NCBI GenBank assembly: GCA_015680685.1
Contig: MNCI01002587.1
Coordinates: forward strand, 124,001 to 188,000
DNA from: Gnetum montanum
Lineage: Eukaryota; Plantae; Gnetophyta
Length of the DNA: 64,000 bases
Reading direction: 5' to 3'
Both the position numbers and the translations under genes were made by a program. Below, in pieces: positions 1 through 12,080 of the stretch. Position 1 is the stretch's first letter. Each line of letters starts with the position of its first letter. Under the pieces are notes generated by a model. That model made no database searches. It was not told where the DNA came from and saw only the letters and a program-made list of their open reading frames with translations.

Positions 1-216
1 CTCAAGCACGCTCCATGCTACTTGTTCGTTCAGGTGTGACCAGATCACCAATTTAAATCTTTCCAGCATGAAGGTGAGAAATTCACAGGCCCCTTCCCTG
101 AACCATACCTCATTATTGTCAATAGTCAAATTAGGGGTAGGTTTATCAGCCTCAATGGGGCCAACCATGCTAGTACTCCAACTAGCTCAACGACCAGGAC
201 AAAAGGCTTAGTGTCC
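1..216 (-). pseudogene. E1 antisense accessory gene, FCP1/SCP-like (NIF) exon, runs off the window; one frameshift
   Basis: After acceptor ttcttgcag (217) the minus strand reads DTKPFVLVVELVGVLAW/GPIEADKP...VWFREGACEFLTFMLERFKLVIWSHLNEQVAWSVLE, homologous to E2 17521-17740. Confidence 0.8.
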
Positions 217-317
217 CTGCAAGAAACCGAAATGTCACGATAAATTAGCCATACATGAAAATGAGGTGAAAAACAAAATTTCACATTGTAGGCCGACACT
301 TAGAAAAATTACTAACT

Positions 318-1420
318 ATTTACGCTCGGCGTATATGCTGCCTAACCCAGTGTATACGCTGTCAAAAAACTGTTTACGCTTAGCGTATACGCTACCTAAC
401 CTGGGGTATACGCTGTCCAAAAATTGTTTACACTCAGCATATATGCTACCTAACCCAGCATATATGCTATCAAAAAACTATTTACGCTCGATGTATGCAC
501 TACCTAACCCAGCGTATACACTATCAAAAAACTTTATACACTGTCAAAAAACTATTTACGCTGTTGAACAAACTGCTTACGCTCAGCGTATACGCTGTGA
601 AAATCATCAGCGTATACGCCGTGAAAGCCTTCAGTGTATACGCTACGTAAATAGTTTACGCTGAACACTGTGTAAATAGTCAGCATATACGTTGTAAAAA
701 AAAATAGTCAGCGTATACGCTGTGAAAATCATCTATGCTTCATACTGATAAAATCATCTACACTTCATGCTAGTAAAAGTGTTTACGCTGTGCACAAACA
801 AAACAGATTACGCTACAAACAATTTACACTATATACAGTATACGCTATACGCTATAGAGACCCTCTATGCTGTGAACCTATGCTCAGCGTATAGGCCCTG
901 TACACTAATTTTCTATGTCGAGCGTATACGCCAAAACCCTCTACGCTACAAAAATTGCCTATGCCAAAATAACATGTATATACAAAAATAACTAATAGAG
1001 GCAGGATTAGGGCCTACCTATGTGACGATCCAGGCCACGATGGAACCCTCGACCTGGGCAGACACTGCAGCATGGCCTTTCTCTCCTTCGTGAAATTCAT
1101 ATCAGGCCCCTTTCTCCCCTAGCCTTCCACCTCCTTGCCCTTGCCCATTTCAGCATTCTCTACGCTGGGATTGACAGGTTTACATTGATAATCAAAACCG
1201 CTCACGCCTACGTTGAGCCTCTATGATGGGGTCTGAGTATCTACGCTCACGCTTTAAGCCTCTATGCTCACGCTGAGCCTCTACGCAGGACTTGGAGGTT
1301 TACGCTGGGGTTTGGTTGTTTACACTTACGCTCAGGGTTTCATCATCTACGCTTATGCTCAAGGTTTACGCTATGCTCACCGTTTACGCTTACGCTCGAT
1401 GTCTATGTTCACTTCAAATT
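318..1420. repeat. E1 motif array, core TACGCTG / palindrome CAGCGTATACGCTG
   Basis: Dozens of tacgct/agcgta copies; ~57-bp tandem units at 320-560; the ORFs here are repeat artefacts. Confidence 0.85.
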
Positions 1421-1467
1421 CACGGTGTTTACAAATGATGCCCCTGCCCTTTATAGAGCGTTGAGCA

Positions 1468-1514
1468 CCACCGCCGTCACTGCCGCCGCCGCCACCGCCG
1501 CCGCCGCCACCGCC
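1468..1514 (+). repeat. (GCC/ACC)n microsatellite
   Basis: ccaccgccgtcactgccgccgccgccaccgccgccgccgccaccgcc. Confidence 0.85.
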
Positions 1515-1688
1515 TTGCACTTTACTTTTTTTATTTATTTTTATTATTTTAATTAAAATTTGTTCACAAACACAAAAAATATATATATTTAAAACAAAAA
1601 AAATATTACTACATCTTGGTTCCCCTATAAACCAACTTCAGATGTCCACACCGAACATTCTAGTGCAAACTCTCCTGTGTACATTATC

Positions 1689-1900
1689 TGGCCCGGTAAG
1701 GCCTTAAAATGCCACGTCAGCCCGGTAAGGCCTTAAACTGCCACCTCGGCCCGGTAAGGCCTTAAACTACCACATCGGCCTGGTAAGGCCATAAATTGCC
1801 ACCTGTGGATCACATTTGGCTCGGTAAGGCCTTAAACTGCCACCCACGGCCCGGTAAAGCCTTAAACTACCATGCATCCCGGTGTGACGATAAACCACCA
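1689..1900 (+). repeat. Hairpin array upstream of the RT exon (7 units)
   Basis: ggta-A-GGCCTTAAAC-tgcc/tacc type x6 and ggtg-T-GACGATAAAC-cacc. Confidence 0.85.
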
Positions 1901-1993
1901 TCATGCATGTACACACGACTTACGCTGCCAGAGAACATCGAACAATACCTATTAGCTCATTCTGCTCTCTGTTTATTGGTAGGAGCAAGCCCG

Positions 1994-4900
1994 ATGGATT
2001 TTCAGCATTTATCCGCACCATTAATCATCGATGGGCCGTATGGAAAGATTGCGAGAAACATCGACATAAATCTCATCCACTTAAGTTTACCAACGGACAA
2101 CACAGTCATAGCCTCAACATAGCAAACGCTACATAACTACAGAGGTATGACAAAGCCCCTTGACATAGAAGCCAAAAACATCACCGAAGACCCGTTGACC
2201 GAAACCCCCATTGCCATGCCCGATGGAGAAATTAAAATATTAAAATTAAGTACATTACTGCAACCACAACTGGCCAAATACATAGAGGATGTGCTTAGGG
2301 ATAACATAAAAGTGTTCGCTTGGTCATATACGGACATGCCCGGATTAGAGCCTTGAATCATCCAGCATAATATTATCCTTGATCCAAAATTGAGACCAAT
2401 AAAACAAAAGGCATGAAATGTTAAACCTGAGATGGCATTGGCAGTTCGCAATGAGATCACCAAAGTTTATCAAGCTAGTTTCATTTGGGCTATCGATTAT
2501 GCTGATTGGGTATCCAACATGGTCATTGTCCCGAAAAAGAATGGAAGCATTCGCTTATGCATTGACTTCCAGGATCTAAATGTTGCAACCATAAAAGATA
2601 ATTTTTCCCTACCCAACATCGATCAACTTGTTGACTTGACCGATGGGCACGCCCTATTATCTTTTATGGATGGCTTCTCGGGATACAACCAGATATGCAT
2701 TAACCCGGAGCATCAGCTCCAGACTACCTTTATGACACCATGGAGAACCTTTTGTTACACAATGATGCCCTTCGATGTTAAGAATGCTGGGGCCACATAT
2801 CAAAGGGCGATGACATTCATTTTTAGCGATTACATGTTACACTCACTCAACAATTATGTGGATGATATCGTGGTTAAATCGAAGACATCGGAACAACATG
2901 TACAAGATCTTGACTTAGTACTAAAATTTTGTTTAAAATATGAGCTAAGAGTTAACCCAAAGAAATGCATCTTTGGAGTCAAAACAGGAAAAATGCTTGG
3001 ATTCATAGCCTCAGAAGTAGGGATACAAGTAGACCCCGATAAAGTTAAGGCCATAACAAACCTAAAACCACTTGGCAACCTTACCGAACTTCGAGGTCTA
3101 CAAGGTAGATTACAGTTCATCAGACGTTTCATAGAAAAACTAACAGACAAATTAAAACCTATGAACCACTTGCTATGCAAGAACGTCCATTTTGAATGGA
3201 CCCCACAATGCCAAGAAGCATTTGACAATATTAAAACAGCACTTGCCCGACTACCCACGGTTTATCCACCTCAAAATGATAAACCGTTTTACATCTACCT
3301 CACCACTTGGGATTCGTCAATTGCGTTTATGCTTTGCCAGAAACAAGATGATGGAACCGAAGTCCCTATCTATTACCTAAGCCATGCATTAGTTGCCCAC
3401 GAGAAAGAGTATAATGAGGTGGAGAGGTCATGTTTAGCCCTAGTCTTTTCCTTAAAGAAATGGCGACATTACCTCTTCCAGAACCAAGTTAACATAATCT
3501 GCAAGAATAATGTGCTCAGAGCCATTACCGGAAATATTTACAAATCAATCAGGATAGCTCATTGGAAAGCCATGATAACTGAGTTTGACCTACATTACAT
3601 AGCGCAATCATCAGTTAAGGGTCAAGCCATAGCAAATCAAATGACCATGTCACCAACGCACGATCAAGCAACAATAGAGCCAGAATTCTCGGACGAAAAT
3701 GTAAGCGCAATAGACATAGTACCCAATGACTACGATGCCATTCTAAACTTTGATGAAGCATCCACCTCCCGAGGTGGAAGTGCTACCGCTATCATCACCT
3801 ATCCCTCTGGGGAGATTAGACCCTTTGCTTATCATTTCAACTTTCACTGTACCAACAACATAGCAGAGTACGAAGGTCTCCTTAGAGGTCTCGCAGCAGC
3901 ATTGGCTTCAGACATCACACGACTGGTGGTCAGAGGAGATTCACAATTGGTTTTGAACCAAGTCACAGATATTTATACATGCAAAGCGCAACATTTACAA
4001 CTGTACTGTGACTTGGCAAAACATTTAATGAGGCGATTTGAAAACATCAATGTGCAACACATCTCCAGAAATGATAATACCATCGCAGATGCACTGGACA
4101 CCTTAGCGTTAAACATATCGCCTGACATGTTCCATACATTGCCAAGCTCCATAACCAGTTGTGCCAAACCAATAATCGATACTCTTGATACCTTGCCAAT
4201 AGCATCTATTAGCACAACACACGCGATAGAATGGTATGACAACATGAAAGAGTACCTTCTACGTGGTGAAACACCGCAACACTTAACGAATGTACAAAAA
4301 GACGCGGTACGAAAATGTTCTCGGCAATATGCACTGGTAGGAGACACACAGTGTTGTCGATCCTATGAAGGCATACTGTTAACATGCATTGGTAGCGCTG
4401 ATGCCCAAACCATCATTGAGCAAGTACATGATGGACTATGCGGAGGACACATAGCACCAAAAGCAATGGCAACAAAGATAAGATGCTTAGGCTATTATTC
4501 GCCACATATGGAGTATGACTGTCTCTCCAAGGCTAAGACATGTAGTACTTTTCAAAGACATAGTAATCTAATCCATGTCCCACCAAATGAGTTGCATACA
4601 ACACAAATCACATGGCCCTTTCAAAAGTGGGGGTTGGACCTTATCGGACCAATAACACCCTCATCTTCTGCAGGGCATAGTTTCATCATAATAGTAACAG
4701 AATATTTCATGAAGTGGGTAGAAGTTGTTCCCCTTCGAAAGACTACATCTAAACACGTATGCAACTTCATTCTCGAAAACATTGTAACCCGTTTTGGCAT
4801 CTCCATGACCATCATCATGGACAATGGGCCATAATTCAGTAGTGTCGAAACCAAAACCTTCTACGAAAGTCTAGGAATCAAAAACTCATTTTCATCCCCT

Positions 4901-5470
4901 TACTACCCTCAGAGTAATGGGCAAGCAAAGGCAACAAACAAAACCATTATTACAATACTTAAAAAGATGCTTACCCAAAGCAAGCGAAGGTGGCACGAAC
5001 AGTTGGTACACGCATTGTGGGCATATCGTACTATGCATCGGACTTCAATAGGTAAAACACCATATAGTCTTGTTTATGGTTTAGAAGCTATTTTACCTCT
5101 GAAATTATAGGTACCATCTCTAAGGATCACACTTTCCGGACTCCTCGACGAAGGGCAAAACAATGACCTACGCATCATTGACCTAGACTCGGTGGAGGAG
5201 GAATGCATACGTGCACTCGATCAGATCGAATGGTGCCAAAAATAGCAATGACAACGCCATCAGCATGACATTCATAAGTGCCCCATCAAAGAATGTGACC
5301 TTGTACTTAAGGCCATTCGGGAACACCCAGATAAATTCTCAGCCAACTGGAAAGGGTCCTACTTGGTCACCAAAGCACACGACAACAGAGCATTCAAGTT
5401 AGCTGATATGGAAGGACATGAGCTTGCAAATCCAACCAATCACTTGTTCTTGAATCCATTCCATATTTGA
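1994..5470 (+). pseudogene. pol: E1 pol: RT, RNase H, aRH, integrase; a few stops and frameshifts
   Basis: WVSNMVIVPKKNGSIRLCIDF, MDGFSGYNQI, YVDDIVV; aRH FDEAS...TNNIAEYEGL...GDSQLV...NTIADAL; integrase H-H-C zinc motif, WGLDLIGP, DNG. Confidence 0.95.
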
Positions 5471-5492
5471 GTACAAGCTCAGGTACGTGCGA

Positions 5493-5862
5493 GTCCTGGT
5501 ATCATGACTATAAATTGATACCATAGCTCGTCCTGGAATCATGACGATAAACTGGTACCATAGAACAGTCCTGGATCATGACTTAAAACTAGTACCATAG
5601 CCCGTCCTAGCATCATGACGATAAACTAATACCACACAACATCTGTAATGACAATAAACTAGCATCCATCTAGTACGACAGTAAACTACCACAGTTGCAT
5701 TCACCAGAGTCCGCTAAGACTATAAACTGGCTTGCCTCTTCACGGTCTGCCAAGACTAGAAACTGGCAATGCACCGTACACCATGATGCTAAATGGGAAA
5801 TGTCCAACGGTTCATGACATAAAACTAACCCATGATAGTCTGCTAAGACTATAAACTGGTGA
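5493..5862 (+). repeat. Hairpin array in E1 3'UTR (~11 units)
   Basis: e.g. tggtatca-T-GACTATAAAT-tgatacca and tgcca-A-GACTAGAAAC-tggca. Confidence 0.85.
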
Positions 5863-6867
5863 TTATATCTCTAGTGGCTCAATTTGTAGCTGCATTCAAA
5901 CTTTATCAGAATCACTGCACTGCTCGCCATCGGATGATCCTAACAACATTGTTGCCATATACAGTGCCTGAAATCCTATTAGGTGCCTTTGTTTCATCAG
6001 TAGCTATTTAATTCTAAGCTCACTCACTCGCTCATGGTTTTCATTTCTTCGTGGAGTTATGTTTGCAGGATGACACTCAGAGGTGTTCGTATAAGAATGC
6101 ACTTCATCATAAACAGCAAGGTGAGAAGTTGTTTACAGCACCTGTGACAAGACAAAATCAAACCATTCACTAGTACATCCCCCATTTCATATCCTACCTA
6201 TCCCTCGACACCTTAAACTTGGTTACATCCCGAACACACCCGATACAACCCAAAAACATCAAACATACCATTGCATATTGCGCCACTCTTAAGCAATTAC
6301 AACTCACAATATGACATTTGAGCATGAGCATAAGAACCCAAAAAAAAGGATGACAGTTGTCTTCAAAGCAAATGTTCATGCCTAAAACAATCAAGTAACA
6401 TCCCATTGCATGGCTTTGGCTCTCCGCCAACAGGCTTCCCCTAAATACTAAATAAGGGCCCTATTCCTCCAAAGAATGCAACGCATCATCACGTGGCTTT
6501 GGTCTTGCCAACAAGTCCTCTCAGACACTAACTAAGAGCCTTGTTTTGCCAAAGGATGCACATCTCATGTCTTGATTCTGAGTCTGCTAAACAATGGCTC
6601 TTAACAAGGATCAGCATGACCTGTACACACCAAAACATCCCCTTTACCATGCGTAATCCCTTGATCAGTTCCCAATCCCACAATCTCAATTTCCCTATCC
6701 AGCTACAAATTTCACCTCCTCAATCCTATGTACTACTGAACACGGTGCGATGACGTCTAGTTAGGTGGCAAAGGAAAAAGTCTCTATGGAGTTGCTTGTG
6801 GAGTTTTGCACTTCTTTTTCGACGCTTCTCGGGTCGATTCCTCGAAGCGTCAACAAAGAGGGGCCAA

Positions 6868-8185
6868 TGAAACACCACAAAATTTCAAGCTTAGTACTTC
6901 TCCAACAAGAATCGGGCTAAGTCATGACATTCCTTAGCATGACTAAAGCTTGAGGGCCCCACAGAAAGCTTCAAGCGGAGTCAAACTCAACAAGAAGCAG
7001 GTCCCTGGGACCTACAGACGACCATGATGATGTCTAGTATCAGACATGGTAACTTCGAAGATCAAGATACTTAGTTTTCACTAAGTATGCATTCTCAGCG
7101 TATATGCCCCAACATATATGCTCAAGTTTACATTCTCAGCGTATATGCCCAGCGTATATGCCCAGCGTATATGCCCAGCGTATACACCTAGCGTATACAC
7201 CTAGCGTATACGCTCAAGTTTACACCCACAGCATATATGCTTCACAAGTACGTTCAGCCTGTACGACTGATGCATACGCTCGACATGCAATCCCTGAAGA
7301 TGGCATGGAAACAGCACTGCAGAGAAAAATTTTGTACAAGGCAGTAACTTACATGAATAGAGCAACAATCAGCACATACGCCCAGCACATCCAGCATATA
7401 TGCCCAACATGTATAGCATATACACCCAACGTATGTCCTGCATGCCCGACGTATACGCCCAGAGTCTACGCTCGCCTGATACAGCGTATACACCAAGCAG
7501 ATGTAACATGTTGTACACTTGTAAATTTTATTCTTTCACACCCGGTCAACATGCCACGTGTCACCCAACCCGAGTCTAACATCTAAACCTGTATAAAAAT
7601 CTCAATTTTTCATTAGATCGGGGTTGGCAACTTTGAGCAAACTAGAGAGAAAAGACACTAAGAACCAAAGCAGAGAACCTTATACACTGGACCTCAACCC
7701 TGTACGTTGAACATATAGCCTCTACGCTATGCCTATAGTCTGAACCAGCACACAGTCATCCCTACATCCACCGGGGCTATTCATCCTCCTTGTGTGAAAG
7801 CCACAACTACGTTAGACCGGTGCATTCTAACTCTCACTTTGCAATAATATTGCTGCATTTTCTTTCTCAAATCTGTTACATTTTTCCATTTTTTTTTGCA
7901 TGTTTGCTACTTATGCTTTGGTACGTTTACGCTCCGTTTACATCAGTTACGTTGTTTACGCTCTATTTTACATCTTTTACATCATTTACATATAACCCAG
8001 TGTATAGCACCTCGGTGTATATTTGGGAAAATCCTTGCCTAATCCACACGCGGACCACTCAAGGTACTCTACCTTCAATTAATTCTAACTTGCCCTCAAG
8101 AGAAGGTAGGGTCTTCTGTGCATGTCCGGATATCTCCCAGTCTCTGTTTCCTTCCAACTGGAGACCGATGATTTCGGACGGTACA
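6868..8185 (+). repeat. E1 3' LTR (~1.3 kb), with PPT at 6855-6867
   Basis: TG...CA termini shared with the other Tat LTRs; cagcgtata array at 7090-7500; TATA-like gtataaaa ~7591. Confidence 0.9.
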
Positions 8186-9505
8186 TGGGTCCCATCCTCT
8201 AGAATTCTAGATTTTAGGTTCAAAATTTCAAGTTTTTGTAGCTCACGTTGTGGTCACACTGCACTCATGCTGCTAGTGCAATTCCAGCATGAGTCACCAA
8301 AATTGGTTCAAAATAGGGCACATCCAAGCTCAATTTTTGACTTGTAGATCACTTTTAAGGTCAGCCACAGTTAGGCAATTGATGTACCCAAGAAACAGGG
8401 TTCAAAAATAAAAAATTATTGTGAAATATGTCATTTTTAGCTCACTCATGCTAAGGTCATGCTAAGGTCACAATGACAGTGTGAGTGTAGCATGAGTACT
8501 AATAACGCCTAGACAAAAGCATGCCAAACACATGCTAAGGACACACCAAGAAAAAATCAACTCATGCTGGAAGTCCTGGTGAAATAGAGATGTCTCAAAT
8601 AGCCACAAAACCACTCAAATCTACACCCTACAGTAGTCAATTCAACGATCAACAAGTTTCAAGCGAGTCGGAGTTGATCAACCTCGTTGTACATTACCAT
8701 TTTCATTGTAAATGTTCATCAATTGTGACCTTCCCAAGCTCTTACGCTCTAAATTGTATCTACCTCCATGAGAGTAAGCTAGCTTGAGTAAGCTAACACA
8801 CGTTGTAAGATATAGTGCATCTAGTTAAGAACGTAGCATGCCCATGCATGTCCAACTCACATACAACTATCCATTGGACACGTGTCACATGATCCATTTT
8901 CCTCTCATCTCTTAGTTGTTGATTACATCCATGAATTCACCACTCGAACCTAGCCAAACCCTATAAATACCTTGTCAATTCACATAAATAGGGTTGAAAA
9001 TTTTGAAGGTTGATTGCTTAGGAAACTCAGACCAGCAATCATTGGGCACTTGAATACACTTGACTTCTAGCATCCAAACACTTCTGAAACACATCAGCCT
9101 AGGTCTTGGTTCTTGACCTGCCATCCACATATGCAGCTACGTTTTGACCAGTGCACATCCTTTCTAAGCAATACAATACCATTCATTTTGCCAGCCATTA
9201 TATTATTTACTCTATTTTACATTTAGTTTACGTTTTTTTGGCAATACTGTTATGTGTACGATATATTTGCATTTTGTACATCATTGTTTATATTTCAAAA
9301 GATCAGTTACGATAACCCTAGAAAAAGCTGTAGTTTACGCTTGGGGAAGTCCTTGGTTGATTTGCATGCAGACCATCCAAGGCACTCTGCCTTTGTTTTC
9401 TTTTCTAGCTTTCCCTTAGGTGAAGGCAGGGTTAGTTATGTCTACCCAACGATCTTTCGATTTGTTTTCCCTTCCAACCTTACACCAATGATTTAGGTTA
9501 GTACA
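8186..9505 (+). repeat. LTR of the E2 family in + orientation, 5' part displaced by the E1 insertion
   Basis: Reverse complement of 26048-27340; ends ...ggttagtaca; ctataaata ~8961. Confidence 0.9.
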
Positions 9506-10563
9506 ACGGGCTACGTTTTTGACCAGATGCACTATATCTTACAGTGTATGTTAGCTTACTCAAGCTAGCTTACACTCATGGAGGCACATACAATTTAGAG
9601 TGTAAGAGCTTGGCAAGATCAAAAATGATGAAAATTATGATGAAAATGATAATGTACAACAAGAGAGATTGACTCCGGTTTGCTTGAAACTTCTCGGTCC
9701 TTGAATTGACTACTGCGAGATGTCGATTTGAGTGGTTTTGTGGCTATTTGAGGCATCCTTGTTTCACCAGGACTTCCAGCATGAGTTCATTTTGTCTTGG
9801 TGTGTCCTCAACATGTGTTTGGCATGCTTCTGTCTGAGCATGATCAGTACTCATGTTGCCAACATAACCACAACGTGAGTGAGCTAAAAATGACATATTT
9901 CATACTAAATTTTGATTTTTGAAGTCTGTTTCTTAAGTACATCAATTTCCTAACTATGGTTGACCTTGACAGCGATCTGCAAGTCAAAAATTGAGCCTTT
10001 ATGTCCCTTGTTTTAAACCACTTTTGGTAACTCATGTTGGACTCACGCTGCTAGCATGAGTCCAGCATGACCACAGTGTGAGCTACAAAAACTTGCAATT
10101 TTGGACTTGAAATCTAGAATTCTGGAGGATGGAACTTGAAGTTGTCAACACTGAACTCTGAGGATGAATTGCACCTTGGAATCAAGTCATTTTGACTTAT
10201 TTTTAAGGCTCTCAAATTCGCTCATGCTATACTCATGCTTTTAGCGTGACCTCAACATGACCACTGCATGAGTGAAAAACTTTGTACCATTTGACCCAAA
10301 ATTTGAACTCCTAAATGATAAAACTTGGAGTGGACATTAGTGGCTCTTGAGGATGGCTTGCACCCTTAGATTTGGATCATTTTTTAGTTGATTTTGAAGC
10401 TTTTGGAGTTGCTCACATTGAGGGCAAGCTAGCTTGACAATGTGAGCAAGCTCACTTGAGCAAGCTGGGCATGAGTTCCATGTCTTAGTTAAATTTTACC
10501 TCCCAAATGCTCTAAAGGGATTGAGTTGTTTCAAAGTGTTAGGCCAAAATTAGTGGTGTTTCA
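9506..10563 (-). repeat. E2 3' LTR (U3 part; interrupted at 9505/9506)
   Basis: Direct repeat of ~26700-27736; PPT aaagagggatcaa on minus at 10564-10576. Confidence 0.92.
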
Positions 10564-11732
10564 TTGATCCCTCTTTATTGACATCTAGAGGAATCCACCT
10601 GAGAGGCATCAACAAGGAAGTGCAAAACACCATGAATAATCAAGTACCAAGCATTATCCATCGGCCCTTGATTGGACATCTTCGCACCGTGTTCAAAAGT
10701 ACATGGGATTGGGAAAGTGTAGTTCAAGATGCAAGGGGGATTGGTTGTAATTGAGGAATTAGGAGTTAATCAAGGGTTATAATTGCTATTGGAATTATGG
10801 GAGAGGAACGCTCTCATATGAATAAGCCATATCCTTAGTTCTTGTCGTAGCCTATTTGTAGTAGACTCAAAACCAAGACATAGGACGTGCGTTCTTTGGA
10901 GAAACATGACTCTTGTAGAGTGTTTACGGGAGCCCATTGTAAATAGCCAAAGTCACGCAATGATGTGCAACATGATTGTTTTAGACATGAGGGTAACTAT
11001 TTTTTCAAGAAAATGGCCTTCTCGCATGGGGCTTGTATGAGAATAGCCAATGGTCTTTGGTCTATGATGTAAATGGAGTCATGAAGACCTTTCTCGTGCA
11101 TTTTTCTCTTTGATATTTTTGTTCTTTTTCTTTTTTCTTGTTTGTTTCTTCTTTTCAATTGTTTTTCTTTTCTTTTATTTTCGAAAGACCTTGCTTTTAG
11201 TGCTATGCTCGTGCTCATGCGCTTGCATTTTGTATCATGTACCATGTACTGTGTTTTTTGTTGCAACTACTTAGAGAATCACAGTGTGCAACAGTGTATT
11301 GAGAGCTTTGGGATGAGTAGAATGTATCCAGGGAGTGTAATTGAATAGGATAAGTGGAATAGGGAATGTATCAAGAGCCAGGAATGTACTTATGAACAGA
11401 TTGATTAACCCAGTTGCATGCATCAGGAAGAATGTGAGACCTCGTCATCATGATGAAATGCATCTATGGGCGAATGCCTCAGGCATGTCATCCTACAAAC
11501 ACAACTCCAAGAAGACAAGAAAAATACAAATAATCTGGTTAACTAAGCACTTTAAACTTGAAAGAAACTAGGGAGATGGAGATGCCATGTGCAATTTCAA
11601 GGTAGGAAGAATCATGAACAACATCAACTTCATCAAGGTCTATGAGACAAATTATGTGGCAAGCCTTTGTGGAACATGTATAGCCAATTGCAGCAACATA
11701 TCTTTTCAAACATTTCCTGGTCATTGATGATG

Positions 11733-12060
11733 TCACTAGTTTATAGTCTTATCGGATTGTTGCAGGTTAGTTTCAAGTCATAACCCCTTGGATGATGCCA
11801 GTTTAGCATCGTAGTGGACGGTGCATTGCTAGTTTATAGTCATAGCAGACTGTGAAGAGGCAAACTAGTTTATAGTCTTAGTGGACTCCAGATGCTAGTT
11901 TTATGTCATGGTGGACAAATGTGGCAATTTAATGTCATGTCGGATAGAGCTCTATGGTGTTGGTTTATTATCATGACTCCAAGACACTCTATGGTGCTAG
12001 TTTCAAGTCATAGCCCCAAGACCGTTCTATGGTATCAGTTTTAGGTCATGATGCCAGGAC
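11733..12060 (-). repeat. Hairpin array in E2 3'UTR (~10 units)
   Basis: Minus strand tgcta-T-GACTATAAAC-tagca and ggcatca-T-GACCTAAAAC-tgatacc; homologous to 5493-5862. Confidence 0.85.
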
Positions 12061-12080
12061 TGTTACATACCTGAAATTGA

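Larger units (their letters stand above)
1..8185 (+). mobile_element. E1: Tat/Ogre-like Ty3/gypsy LTR retrotransposon, 3' part (spacer/intron, RT-RH-aRH-INT, 3'UTR, 3' LTR); 5' part outside the window
   Basis: pol with RT, RNase H, second archaeal-type RNase H and integrase; PPT aaagaggggccaa then LTR TGAAACACCAC...GGACGGTACA; retains more CpG than neighbours, so probably the youngest insertion. Confidence 0.93.

Noticed and set aside
266-991. ORFs of 132 and 74 aa (also 7104-7586)
   Set aside because: Translations of the TACGCT motif arrays with no protein signal
5493-5862. CRISPR-like repeat-spacer appearance (also 1689-1900 and 39465-41565)
   Set aside because: Eukaryotic retrotransposon context, no cas genes, degenerate repeats and wrong spacer lengths
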